Below, piece after piece: positions 9,348 to 19,144 of a DNA stretch of 64,000 bases (position 1 is its first letter; each line of letters begins with the position of its first letter). The translations under genes and the position numbers were made by a program. The stretch is taken from positions 3,072,001 through 3,136,000 of the forward strand of contig OY769902.1 in assembly GCA_963669175.1 (NCBI GenBank), given 5' to 3'. The notes beneath the pieces are model-generated. The model had not been told where the DNA came from. It did no database searches and saw nothing but the letters and a program-made list of their open reading frames with translations. This DNA comes from a bacterium (GTDB lineage: Bacteria > Electryoneota > Electryoneia > Electryoneales > Electryoneaceae).

Positions 9348-10646
9348 ATGGCCGACGAGCAGAAAAACAGCGCCCCTGTTCCCGAAGGGGGGGGACAGCA
9401 ACCGGAAAAGAAGCCGGAAGCTGTCAAGGAGGCTGCAAAACCGGCAGACAAGCCGGTAGAGAAACCAAAACCACCGGCAGCGCCGGCAAAGCCGAAAAAG
9501 GAAGCGCCGCCGAAGCGCACCTTTACACTGTCTTCATCGCCGCATATTCGTGACAACGAATCCGTTTCCAAGGTGATGAACACGGTTACGCTGACACTGG
9601 TTCCGGTGTTAATCGCTTCTACCTATTTCTTCGGATTCCGTTCGCTGGTCATCTGCCTGCTGGGCATGGCTTCAGCGATGCTTACCGAAGGTTTGTTACA
9701 GAAGGTATTCAAAGCGAAAATCACGGTTGGTGATGGCAGCGCAATGCTGGCCGGGTTGCTGGTCAGCTTTAATATTCCCGCCGGTGTACCGTGGTGGATT
9801 CCGGTACTGGGCAGCGCGTTTGCTATCGCTATCGCCAAACTGCCGTTTGGCGGCTTGGGCTGGAATCCGCTGAACCCGGCGCTGGTCGGACGTGCTTTCC
9901 TGCTGGCGAGCTGGCCGGTACACATGACCAAAGACTGGCTGCCTGCGGGGTGGTGGAAATTGTCCGGGTACAATTTCTTCTCCTGGAACGTGAACGCGGC
10001 TGATTTCGGTATTGATCTTTCCCAGTCTTCCAGCGCAGCATCGCAATTGGTCAGCGGACTGTCGAAGGGAAATGTGCCCGATGCGATCAGCTACGCGACA
10101 CCACTGGAAATGAGCAAGATGTCGCTGGCGACCATTTCCAATACAGTGTCTTCACCGGAAACGAGCAGTATTATTTTTGCCGCGGAAGCAAAGTTAAAGT
10201 ATCTGCAGACTTTGCTGGGTGACGCCTTCTTCGGCAACATTGGCGGCTGTATCGGTGAGACTTCAGCATTGCTGCTGATATTGGGCGGCATTGTCCTGAT
10301 TTACAAAAACTACATCGACTGGCGTGTTCCGGTCGGTTTTATCGGTGTTGTTGGCCTTGGTGGCTGGATGCTGGGGATTGACCCGTTGTTCTACATCATG
10401 AGCGGCGGCCTGATCCTGGGCGCGTTCTACATGGCAACAGATATGGTCACAACGCCGATTACGAAAAGTGGACGATTATGGTTCGGAATCGGGTGCGGTT
10501 TGCTGACCCTGATGATTCGGCAAATCGGTGGCTACCCGGAAGGTGTTTGCTACTCGATTCTGTTGATGAACCTGGTGTCGCCGTTGATTGACAAGTGGAC
10601 GACACCGAAGAAGCGTTTCGGTCACGCAACTGCCAAGGGGGCATAA
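9348..10646 (+). CDS. rnfD: Rnf complex subunit D with Pro/Lys/Glu-rich N-terminal extension
   Basis: SSSPH, FGGLGWNPLNPA, FMN-site ATPL, GCIGETS, MATDMVT. Confidence 0.95.
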   Translation: MADEQKNSAPVPEGGGQQPEKKPEAVKEAAKPADKPVEKPKPPAAPAKPKKEAPPKRTFTLSSSPHIRDNESVSKVMNTVTLTLVPVLIASTYFFGFRSLVICLLGMASAMLTEGLLQKVFKAKITVGDGSAMLAGLLVSFNIPAGVPWWIPVLGSAFAIAIAKLPFGGLGWNPLNPALVGRAFLLASWPVHMTKDWLPAGWWKLSGYNFFSWNVNAADFGIDLSQSSSAASQLVSGLSKGNVPDAISYATPLEMSKMSLATISNTVSSPETSSIIFAAEAKLKYLQTLLGDAFFGNIGGCIGETSALLLILGGIVLIYKNYIDWRVPVGFIGVVGLGGWMLGIDPLFYIMSGGLILGAFYMATDMVTTPITKSGRLWFGIGCGLLTLMIRQIGGYPEGVCYSILLMNLVSPLIDKWTTPKKRFGHATAKGA

Positions 10647-10648
10647 AG

Positions 10649-11284
10649 ATGCTAGTGGTAAGACTAGGGGCAATCCTGATGTTTATCACCGCACTCGCTG
10701 CTTCAGCCCTGGCGTTGATAAACAAATCGACTGCACCCATCATCGCGGAGAACAAGGCCAAGGAAGCGCAGTTGGCCCGCATGGAAGTGACTGCGTCGCT
10801 GGGTGATGTAACTTTTGACGAAGTAACTACCGAAGATGGCATGACCTATTACGTGGTCAAGGACCAGCAGGGCAGTGTGGTCGGTTATGTTGGCACTGCT
10901 TACGGTAAAGGTTATTCCAGCACGGTTGAAACCGTGACCGGCATGGACAGCGAGTTTCACATCGTTGGTATGAAGGTTCTGTTCCAGCAGGAAACACCAG
11001 GCCTGGGCACCAAGTCGCAGGATGCCTCTTTCCTTGATCAGTTCAGCGGCAAGCTTGCGCAGGATGTCAAGGTGAGGAAGGATGGTGGTACTATCGATTC
11101 CATCACTGGCGCCACCATCACCAGCCGTGCGGTAAGTAATTCGGTACAGGTTCTGGCGCGCGAGATTGAAGCAAGTGTTGCTGCAAACAAGTCTACCGTT
11201 CCAGAGGGATTGAACCTCGGGACACTTGGCGCAGAGAATCAGGATGAGGTTGAGCCGCAGGACGGCCAGGGAGGTGAAGAATGA
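10649..11284 (+). CDS. rnfG: Rnf complex subunit G
   Basis: ETPGLG and FMN motif DSITGATITS; N-terminal TM helix. Confidence 0.92.
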   Translation: MLVVRLGAILMFITALAASALALINKSTAPIIAENKAKEAQLARMEVTASLGDVTFDEVTTEDGMTYYVVKDQQGSVVGYVGTAYGKGYSSTVETVTGMDSEFHIVGMKVLFQQETPGLGTKSQDASFLDQFSGKLAQDVKVRKDGGTIDSITGATITSRAVSNSVQVLAREIEASVAANKSTVPEGLNLGTLGAENQDEVEPQDGQGGEE

Positions 11285-11955
11285 ACCTGGGTGAAGTCTT
11301 CACACGCGGGATCATTAAGGAAAACCCGGTTCTGCGTCTTGCATTGGGCCTATGTCCATCATTGGCTGTTTCCTCATCGGTATTCAATGCCATTGGTATG
11401 GGTGTTTCCGTACTTTTCGTGTTGATCATGAGTAACCTTCTGATCAGCCTGGTACGGAAAGGCGTTCCCGCTAAGATTCGTATTCCGATCTTTATCGTGA
11501 TTATCGCCACCTTCGTAACCATTGTCGAGATGGTGATGGCGGCATACGCACCGGGGCTGTTCAAGGCGCTGGGCATTTTTGTTCCGCTGATCGTGGTGAA
11601 CTGCATTATTCTTGGCCGCGCCGAAGCGTTCGCCAGCAAGAACGGTCCGGTTGCTTCCATCGTGGACGCAGTCGGCATGTCAGCGGGCTTCACGCTGGCC
11701 CTGGTACTGATCGCCATCGTTCGCGAAGTTCTGGGCAATGGCACCATCAGCCTCCCGGATCCGTCCAACCCGGTCGTCGCCATGGCGATACAGGTCGTTC
11801 CGGGCAGTTTCGAACCTATCCTGTTGTTCATGTTAGCGCCTGGCGCTTTCATCACAATGGGCCTGTGGCTCGCTTTGTTCAACCTGCTTGACGCACGTAA
11901 GGCGGAGAAGAAGAAGCAGGAGACAATCCAGGCATCGTTCCAGAGGAGCAAGTAA
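11281..11955 (+). CDS. rnfE: Rnf complex subunit E
   Basis: ENPV..LGLCP.LAV, PLIVVNCIILGRAE. Confidence 0.95.
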   Translation: MNLGEVFTRGIIKENPVLRLALGLCPSLAVSSSVFNAIGMGVSVLFVLIMSNLLISLVRKGVPAKIRIPIFIVIIATFVTIVEMVMAAYAPGLFKALGIFVPLIVVNCIILGRAEAFASKNGPVASIVDAVGMSAGFTLALVLIAIVREVLGNGTISLPDPSNPVVAMAIQVVPGSFEPILLFMLAPGAFITMGLWLALFNLLDARKAEKKKQETIQASFQRSK

Positions 11956-11956
11956 G

Positions 11957-12577
11957 ATGGATTTCATGAATCTATTCGTCATTGCGGTCGGATCGATCCT
12001 GATAAACAACTTCGTGCTGGCGCGCTTCCTGGGTATCTGCCCCTATATCGGGGTTTCCAAGAAACTCGATAGCGCGATCGGCATGGGATTCGCCGTAATC
12101 TTCGTCATGGCGCTCGCGTCGTTGGCGTCATGGTTGATCTACGTGTACCTGTTGGACCCGGCTACAAATGTCTGGAGCACACCGGATCATCCGGTTGATC
12201 TGACATTCTTGCGTACTATCACATTCATTCTTGTGATTGCATCGCTGGTACAGCTTGTGGAAATGATGCTGCAGAAGCAGATGCCCGCATTGTACAGCGC
12301 GCTGGGTATCTATTTGCCGCTGATTACCACCAACTGCGCTGTGCTCGGTGTGGCGGTGTTAAATATCGATGAAGGCTACAACCTGGTCGAGTCACTGGTC
12401 AATGGTATCGCCGCAGGTATAGGTTTTACACTTGCCCTGATCCTGATGGCCGGCATTCGTGAGCGCCTGGAACTGGCCGATGTACCCAAGCCACTGCAGG
12501 GAATCCCGATTGCGTTCATCATGGCCGGATTGATGGCGATCGCCTTCCTGGGCTTCAGTGGACTTAGTGTCGGGTAA
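11957..12577 (+). CDS. rnfA: Rnf complex subunit A
   Basis: NNFVLARFLGICP, LPLITTNCAVLG. Confidence 0.95.
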   Translation: MDFMNLFVIAVGSILINNFVLARFLGICPYIGVSKKLDSAIGMGFAVIFVMALASLASWLIYVYLLDPATNVWSTPDHPVDLTFLRTITFILVIASLVQLVEMMLQKQMPALYSALGIYLPLITTNCAVLGVAVLNIDEGYNLVESLVNGIAAGIGFTLALILMAGIRERLELADVPKPLQGIPIAFIMAGLMAIAFLGFSGLSVG

Positions 12578-12581
12578 TTCG

Positions 12582-12606
12582 GTAGCCCGGATATGCTTGT
12601 CCGGGG
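12582..12606 (+). repeat. GTAG-type REP
   Basis: GTAG + CCCGGATA-tgct-TGTCCGGG; same architecture as 32272 and 32544. Confidence 0.65.
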
Positions 12607-12787
12607 TGCTGTGTGGTGAAATACACACTTGGAAATGGGATCGTAGTTCCGAACTGTAAATGGCAAGGTTTTCGAGAGACGTTTTTAGTAAATGCTAAAA
12701 TTATGATTTATAAGTGATTGGCTCTATATTGTCAGCATGGTAAACGAATGCGGTGAATGTTGCCGCATCAACCATAGGAGTAGAAAC

Positions 12788-13747
12788 GTGGACATCGGTA
12801 TTCTTGGCGCAGTGATTTCTGTAGGCGCGCTAGGGCTTCTCTTCGGAGCAGGGCTGGCTGTCGCCTCAAAGGTGTTCTACGTATACGTCGACCCACGTGT
12901 GGAACAGGTTGACGAAGCTCTTCCCGGCGCCAATTGCGGCGCTTGCGGTCAGGCTGGTTGTCGCCAGATGGCGCTCAAGATTGTCGAAGGCGAATTACAG
13001 GCCAGCGACTGTCCGGTTGCCAGCGGTGATGCACGAAGCCAGATCGCTTCCATCATGGGTAGTGAAGTCGGCGAGGTGGAGGAGAAGGTTGCCGTCGTTC
13101 GTTGCCAGGGCAATCCCGACAACTGCGAAACCCGTTTTGACTACCAGGGCATCGAGAGTTGTGCCGCCGCCGCCATGGTTGGCGGTGGCTTTAAGGCCTG
13201 CAACTATGGTTGCCTTGGGAATGGTGACTGTGTGGAAGCTTGCCCGTTTGACGCGATGTACATGGGCGATGACAAGCTGCCGAAGGTGCTGGATGATGTC
13301 TGCACCGGCTGCGGGAATTGTGTTGAAGCCTGTCCGCGCAACATCATGGCATTGATTCCACGTAGCGCCAATGTCTATATCGCATGCGTCAACAACGACA
13401 AGCTGAAAGAAGTTAAAGATATCTGCAAAGTCGGTTGCACCGCATGCGGCATGTGCGCCAAGGACAAGGTCACGCCATCCGGCATGATTCAGATGGATGC
13501 CCGGACCAATCTTCCGGTTTTCAATTACGCCATTGAAGATGATCCGTTCCCGGCAGCACATCGTTGCCCGACAGATGCTATTGTGGACAAGCTGAACCGT
13601 CCGAAACCGGAAAAGCCGGAAAAACCGGCAGCCAAGCCAGTGGCAAAACCGGCAGCGCCGAAGGAAGACAAGCCTGTTGCGGAGAAGAAGCCGGAAGCAA
13701 AGCCGGAAGCGGAAAAACCGGCAGCAGAAGAGAAGCAGGATAAGTAA
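12788..13747 (+). CDS. rnfB: Rnf complex subunit B with Pro/Lys/Glu-rich tail
   Basis: LPGANCGACGQAGC and several ferredoxin motifs; AGGAG RBS before GTG 12788. Confidence 0.93.
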   Translation: MDIGILGAVISVGALGLLFGAGLAVASKVFYVYVDPRVEQVDEALPGANCGACGQAGCRQMALKIVEGELQASDCPVASGDARSQIASIMGSEVGEVEEKVAVVRCQGNPDNCETRFDYQGIESCAAAAMVGGGFKACNYGCLGNGDCVEACPFDAMYMGDDKLPKVLDDVCTGCGNCVEACPRNIMALIPRSANVYIACVNNDKLKEVKDICKVGCTACGMCAKDKVTPSGMIQMDARTNLPVFNYAIEDDPFPAAHRCPTDAIVDKLNRPKPEKPEKPAAKPVAKPAAPKEDKPVAEKKPEAKPEAEKPAAEEKQDK

Positions 13748-14202
13748 TATCTTGACAATACAGGTCTTGTTTGCGGGAGAGTGCTGAATTCGTGGTTTGA
13801 TTATTTGAATGTGACTCTCCTAACAACTTTTATAAAACGCGAGATGTCTCTATACTTCAGGCTGAGAAAGCAATGAGAAGTACACAATTTGCTCTGAACA
13901 TTGTGTTTAGAAGAAGTGGCACCTATATTACTTGTCGTTCGATTTTCAGGGCGTTTGGGGGGTAAGCAGTTGTTCTTGCGGCAATTCCCTTGTGACAAGT
14001 AGTGCAATGTTATTCACAGGTCGTTAAGAACTGAGATCCAGGGAGGCAGGTTCTCATTGATTCGGCGAGCCAAACATACACACGGACGCCCCCTCCTGTT
14101 CCCACGTTTTACGCCCGGTTTCTCCTTTGTGAAAGAAGGAACATCCTTCAGGGATGTTTGTTTGTTGCATCAAATCGCGGTTCACGCAAGGAGTGATGCG
14201 TC

Positions 14203-14562
14203 ATGATGCCGTTGGATTTTGTCCCGGTACTGATCACCTTTCTTTTTGTTGGCGGTTTTGCCTGGGTGACCTTGTGGGCTACCCATATCCTTGGGCCAAA
14301 CCGTTACACACCGGTCAAGCAGGATATTTATGAGTGCGGTCTCGATTATCGTGGCACCGCACGCCAGCGTTTCTCGATCAAGTATTACCTGGTCGGTGTA
14401 CTCTTCCTGTTGTTCGACCTGGAAATTGTGTTCATGTACCCTTGGGCAGTGAACTTCCGTCATCTTGGCCTTTACGGTCTGGTGACGATGGGCATATTCC
14501 TGGTCATACTCACGGTGGGCTTGTTGTACGAGTGGAAGAAAGGAGCGTTGGAATGGGAGTAA
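14203..14562 (+). CDS. nuoA: NADH-quinone oxidoreductase subunit A
   Basis: YECG, FDLE..F.YPWA, KKGALEW. Confidence 0.95.
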   Translation: MMPLDFVPVLITFLFVGGFAWVTLWATHILGPNRYTPVKQDIYECGLDYRGTARQRFSIKYYLVGVLFLLFDLEIVFMYPWAVNFRHLGLYGLVTMGIFLVILTVGLLYEWKKGALEWE

Positions 14563-15032
14563 CGCAGTGGCCCGGAGGGGCGGCGATAACGACAACGCTT
14601 AGCGGAATGGTCGGATGGGCGCGCAAATACAGTGGCTGGCCCATGCCATTCGCCACCGCATGCTGCGGCATCGAGTACATGTCCACCATGTCTTCTGGAT
14701 ACGACCAGGGACGGTTCGGCTGGGAACGGCCTTCCTTCAGTCCCCGCCAGGCGGATGTTATGATCGTCATCGGCACTATCAGCCTGAAAATGGGCCCGGT
14801 GCTGAAACGTATCTATGACCAGATGGCTGAGCCCAAGTACGTGATCAGCATGGGCGCTTGCGCTTGCTGCGGTGGCATGTTTGATGCCTACAGCGTGATC
14901 CAGGGGGTGGATACCCTGTTCCCGGTAGATGTCTACGTGCCCGGTTGCCCGCCACGGCCTGAAACGCTGATTCTCGGCTACATGGAACTGCAGAAGAAGA
15001 TGCAGGCGCAACAACTGGAGGCACGAGGATGA
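14553..15032 (+). CDS. nuoB: NADH-quinone oxidoreductase subunit B
   Basis: [22 protein letters not shown]. Confidence 0.95.
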   Translation: MGVTQWPGGAAITTTLSGMVGWARKYSGWPMPFATACCGIEYMSTMSSGYDQGRFGWERPSFSPRQADVMIVIGTISLKMGPVLKRIYDQMAEPKYVISMGACACCGGMFDAYSVIQGVDTLFPVDVYVPGCPPRPETLILGYMELQKKMQAQQLEARG

Positions 15033-15745
15033 CAAAGCTCGAACTCCAGGAAAAGCTCATCAACGATATCAAAGCGCAGTTCAAGGATCATGTAAAGCAT
15101 GCTGAGGTTGATCACTATGGCATGCCGGTTGTGGAAATCGATCCCGAGATTCATGTTGAACTGCCAGCCTGGTTGAAAAACAGCGAAGAATGGCAATTCA
15201 ACCATTTCACCGATATCACTTCTGTGGACTACCTGAACCGGCGGGAAATTCGGTTCGAAGTAGTAGTTCACCTGCGTTCCCACAAGAACAATATCCGAAT
15301 TCGGATAAAAACTCCGGTAGGCGGGGAAAACCCAAAATTACCAACCCTGTCCCATACCTTCATTGGTTCGCACTGGACTGAGCGCGAAGTGTATGACTTA
15401 ATGGGAATCGAATTTACCGGTCACCCACGGATGACCCGGTTACTTAATCCGGACGATTTTGACGGACATCCGTTACGGAAAGATTTTCCCATAAAAGGCA
15501 AATTCAGGGGGAGTTTCCCAAAAGGCACGGTTATCTCGAATAAACGTAGAGAGCCGAATGTTGCCGCGCCAACCCATCCGAAGCCGCTAGACCAGCTCAT
15601 GCCGCGCACGGTTCAGGAACAGAAGCGTGAAGTAATGAAGCTCGAATACGAGCGTAAGCTGGGACTGGTCAAGGACGAGCCGGAACAGACCGAGGCGCCC
15701 GAAGAGACCGCCGATGCGAAGGAGGAGGGCGGCGATGCTAAGTAA
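15029..15745 (+). CDS. nuoC: NADH-quinone oxidoreductase subunit C (extended C-terminus)
   Basis: [24 protein letters not shown]. Confidence 0.93.
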   Translation: MTKLELQEKLINDIKAQFKDHVKHAEVDHYGMPVVEIDPEIHVELPAWLKNSEEWQFNHFTDITSVDYLNRREIRFEVVVHLRSHKNNIRIRIKTPVGGENPKLPTLSHTFIGSHWTEREVYDLMGIEFTGHPRMTRLLNPDDFDGHPLRKDFPIKGKFRGSFPKGTVISNKRREPNVAAPTHPKPLDQLMPRTVQEQKREVMKLEYERKLGLVKDEPEQTEAPEETADAKEEGGDAK

Positions 15746-16946
15746 AGTAGTCAGCGATGCCGTGTACGACGTTACCCAGGGTGACGAGCTTTATGACATC
15801 AACCTTGGTCCGTCCCATCCCGCGATGCACGGTATTTTCGATAACCGTGTCAAGCTGGACGGTGAACGCATTGCCGAAATTGAAGCGCATATCGGGTACT
15901 GTCACAGAAGCTTTGAGAAATTGGCCGAACGCTACACCTACAATCAGGTGATCACCATTACCGACCGTATGAACTACGTGTCGTCGATGGCGAACAATAT
16001 CGGTTGGGTGATGGCGGCAGAGAAGCTTTGCGGTATAGAAGTTCCGAAATTGGTCCAATACGTGCGTGTGATCATTTTCGAAATGAACCGCATTATTGAC
16101 CACCTGGTTTGCGACGGTATCCTTGGTGTGGACGCTGGCGCCTACACCGGATTCCTCTATTTTTATGAACACCGTGAATTTGCGTACAAGATCATCGAAC
16201 GCATGACCGGTGGCCGTCTGACGACCAACTTCGGTCGTGTTGGCGGGTTGGAACGTCCCCTGTACCCGGAATTCAAGAAGGACATTCTTGAGTGGATCAA
16301 GCCGATCCCGAAGGTGCTGCAGGAGTTCCATACGCTGATGTCGCGTAACCGGATCTTCATCGAGCGTTGCCGTGACGTTGCCGGTATCAGCGGCGACAGG
16401 GCGCTTGAGTATGGCTTCAGCGGTCCGAACCTTCGTGCTGCGGGGGTGAGCTACGACTTGCGTAAGGCGGAGCCGTATTGCAGCTATGAGGACTTCGATT
16501 TCGAAGTGCCGCTCGGGTCCAATGGCGATACGTATGACCGTTACATGGTCCGGATGCTGGAGATGGAGCAGAGCCTGAAGATTATTGAGCAGGCCGTGAA
16601 CAATCTCCCCGAGGGAGCGTGGCATGCGGATGTACCGGAAGTCTTCCTGCCGGATAAGAAGGATGTCTACTCCAACATGGAAGCGATGATCTATCACTTC
16701 AAGATCCTGATGCACGGTATCAATCCGCCGGAAGGAGAGGTCTACCAGGCGATAGAAGCGCCGAACGGTGAGCTGGGCTTCTTCTGTGTGAGCGACAAAA
16801 CAGCGACACCGTACCGGTTGCACTTCCGGTCACCCTGTCTTTACTACTACCAGTCGATCGAAGAACTGCTGCGCGGTCACATGATCGCGGATGCGGTGTT
16901 AACCATATCCAGCATGAACATGATCGCCGGCGAGTTGGAACGGTGA
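15735..16946 (+). CDS. nuoD: NADH-quinone oxidoreductase subunit D
   Basis: NLGPSHPAMHG, GYCHRSFEK, EAPNGELG. Confidence 0.95.
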   Translation: MLSKVVSDAVYDVTQGDELYDINLGPSHPAMHGIFDNRVKLDGERIAEIEAHIGYCHRSFEKLAERYTYNQVITITDRMNYVSSMANNIGWVMAAEKLCGIEVPKLVQYVRVIIFEMNRIIDHLVCDGILGVDAGAYTGFLYFYEHREFAYKIIERMTGGRLTTNFGRVGGLERPLYPEFKKDILEWIKPIPKVLQEFHTLMSRNRIFIERCRDVAGISGDRALEYGFSGPNLRAAGVSYDLRKAEPYCSYEDFDFEVPLGSNGDTYDRYMVRMLEMEQSLKIIEQAVNNLPEGAWHADVPEVFLPDKKDVYSNMEAMIYHFKILMHGINPPEGEVYQAIEAPNGELGFFCVSDKTATPYRLHFRSPCLYYYQSIEELLRGHMIADAVLTISSMNMIAGELER

Positions 16947-16960
16947 GGAGCTAGTCGGTT

Positions 16961-17458
16961 ATGGCTTACGAGCTACCGAAGGAAAAACAGGAGCTGGTCA
17001 AGGAAATCGCGCAGCGATATCCCGAGCCTCGCTCCGGCATTTTGCCCGCCATGCACATCATCATGGCGGAACGCGGCTGGGTGGGAACAGACGGCGCGGA
17101 TCACGTGGCCGATCTGCTGGGAGTGCCCAGGATCTGGTGCTATGAAGATCTGACCTTCTACACCTATTTCCCAAAAGAACCGGTCGGGAAATACCACCTC
17201 CAGATTTGCCACAACATCGCGTGCAACCTGCGTGGTTCTGAGGAGATCATCCAGCACCTTGAAGAGAAGCATGGCATCAAGGAAGGCGTGATCACCGAGG
17301 ACGGGCTGTTCTGCCTGCACCGGGTTGAATGTCTTGGCGCATGTGGAGGAGCGCCGGTGATACAGGTGAACGATGATTATTATGAACACCTGACCCCGGA
17401 TAGCGTTGATGAGTTGATCGAACGGTTAAGAAAAGAGGCCGGCAACGGCAAGAAATAA
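16961..17458 (+). CDS. nuoE: NADH-quinone oxidoreductase subunit E
   Basis: CHNIAC...ECLGAC 2Fe-2S motif. Confidence 0.95.
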   Translation: MAYELPKEKQELVKEIAQRYPEPRSGILPAMHIIMAERGWVGTDGADHVADLLGVPRIWCYEDLTFYTYFPKEPVGKYHLQICHNIACNLRGSEEIIQHLEEKHGIKEGVITEDGLFCLHRVECLGACGGAPVIQVNDDYYEHLTPDSVDELIERLRKEAGNGKK

Positions 17459-17486
17459 CTGAAGTCGTTGCAACGGAGGGCCTGTC

Positions 17487-18899
17487 ATGGCGTTGGAAAA
17501 GCACGTTTTCAAGGGATTGGACATACCGGGTAACACCGACCTCAAGGTGTACGAGGCCAACGGTGGTTACGAGGTCTGGAAACGAATCCTGAAAGATAAG
17601 ATCACACCGGAAGAAGTTATCCAGATCGTAAAGGATAGCGGGCTGCGCGGCCGTGGCGGCGCGGGCTTTCCGACTGGTTTGAAATGGAGTTTCGTGCCCA
17701 AGGATTCACCCAAGCCGAAATACCTGCTGTGCAACTGCGACGAATCTGAACCGGGAACCTTCAAAGACCGTGAGATCATTGAGAAGTCGCCGCACCAGTT
17801 GATCGAAGGTATGCTGATCGCGTCCTATGCATTCGGCTCACAGAACTCCTGGGTGTATTTCCGTGGTGAGTTTGTAAAGGGATACCGTACTGTCGAGGCA
17901 GCGCTTGCGCAGGCACGTGAAGCCGGCTATATCGGCGAGAATATCCTTGGCAGCGGTTGGAATCACCAGATGTATACGCATCGCGGAGCTGGCGCGTACA
18001 TCTGCGGTGAAGAAACAGCGTTGATCGATTCGATGGAAGGCAAGCGTGGCGAGCCTCGTCTGAAACCACCGTTCCCGGCGGTTGAGGGATTCTATCGCAG
18101 CCCGACCATTGTTAATAACGTAGAAACACTGACAGCCGTACCGAAGATCATGGAAAACGGCGCAGAATGGTACCGTCAGTGGGGTACTGAGCGCAGCCCG
18201 GGCACCAAGCTTTGGAGCTGCTGCGGTCATATCACCAATCCGGGTGTGTATGAAGTCCCGCTCGGCTACCCGATGAAGAAGTTCTTTGAAGAAGAGCTTG
18301 GCGGCTGTTGGAAGGGCCACCAGTTGAAGTGCGTTATCCCGGGCGGCAGCTCGGTTCCGGCCATGTTACCCGATGAATTCTTCGCTTGTAACATGGACTA
18401 TGAAAGCATCGCGCAGCATGGATCGATGCTCGGTTCCGGCGGCATGATCGTAATGGATGAGAAGACCTGCCTGGTGGAAGTGGCTGAAGTACTGGCGCAG
18501 TTCTATCATCATGAAAGTTGCGGACAGTGTACTCCATGCCGTGAAGGCACCGGCTGGGTTCACCGGATTATCCGTGACATCGAACGCGGAACACCGCAGC
18601 ATAACGTAAAAGAAACCCTGCTGCTGGTCTTCGACGAGATCTTCGGCAACACGATCTGCCCGTTGGGCGACTCGATTGTTATGCCGATCAAGAGCCTCAT
18701 GGAGAAATTCCCGGAAGAATTCGATTATTACATCCGTGAAGGCAAATCGATGATCACCGGCAAGGCCAAGCGCGCCCATGAAGTTAAAGAGCCGCGTCCG
18801 CATAACTGGCGCCGTGGGAAGCCGTTCAACTATCCCACAGCGGAAGACTATGTGACCGACTTCAAGGGACAGGTTGTTCACGACACCAATCCTAAGTAA
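17487..18899 (+). CDS. nuoF: NADH-quinone oxidoreductase subunit F
   Basis: GLRGRGGAGFPTG, DESEPGTFKD, YICGEETAL, CGQCTPCREG. Confidence 0.97.
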   Translation: MALEKHVFKGLDIPGNTDLKVYEANGGYEVWKRILKDKITPEEVIQIVKDSGLRGRGGAGFPTGLKWSFVPKDSPKPKYLLCNCDESEPGTFKDREIIEKSPHQLIEGMLIASYAFGSQNSWVYFRGEFVKGYRTVEAALAQAREAGYIGENILGSGWNHQMYTHRGAGAYICGEETALIDSMEGKRGEPRLKPPFPAVEGFYRSPTIVNNVETLTAVPKIMENGAEWYRQWGTERSPGTKLWSCCGHITNPGVYEVPLGYPMKKFFEEELGGCWKGHQLKCVIPGGSSVPAMLPDEFFACNMDYESIAQHGSMLGSGGMIVMDEKTCLVEVAEVLAQFYHHESCGQCTPCREGTGWVHRIIRDIERGTPQHNVKETLLLVFDEIFGNTICPLGDSIVMPIKSLMEKFPEEFDYYIREGKSMITGKAKRAHEVKEPRPHNWRRGKPFNYPTAEDYVTDFKGQVVHDTNPK

Positions 18900-18999
18900 T
18901 TAGGAATTAGGAATTGATGGTGAATTAAGAATTGAAAATTAAGAATTAAGAATTAAGAATTAAGAATTAAGAATTAAGAATTAAGAATTAAGAATTAGC
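18898..18999 (+). repeat. Heptamer tandem array (AATTAAG)n
   Basis: Eight perfect copies at 18937-18992 plus degenerate AATTAGG/AATTGAA units beginning inside the nuoF stop codon. Confidence 0.95.
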
Positions 19000-19020
19000 A
19001 ATCGACACTGAGTTTCAGTT

Positions 19021-19061
19021 GTGTCAGGTCTTGGCGTGCGAAGCGCGGTGTGACCTGACAC
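19021..19061. repeat. Palindrome GTGTCAGGTC...GACCTGACAC
   Basis: Perfect 10-bp inverted repeat enclosing a small GC hairpin. Confidence 0.65.
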
Positions 19062-19144
19062 GTGAGGCAGCGCGACAAGAACAGTAATCCGGGGTAATCC
19101 CGGGGACAGATAGCAACACATCGGTAGGCAAACGGAGTGTTCCG

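Noticed and set aside
18050-18062. 13-bp match (CGAGCCTCGTCTG) to the tRNA-Asp 3' region, a possible att site
   Set aside because: Lies in conserved nuoF coding sequence (GEPRLKPP); no integrase present
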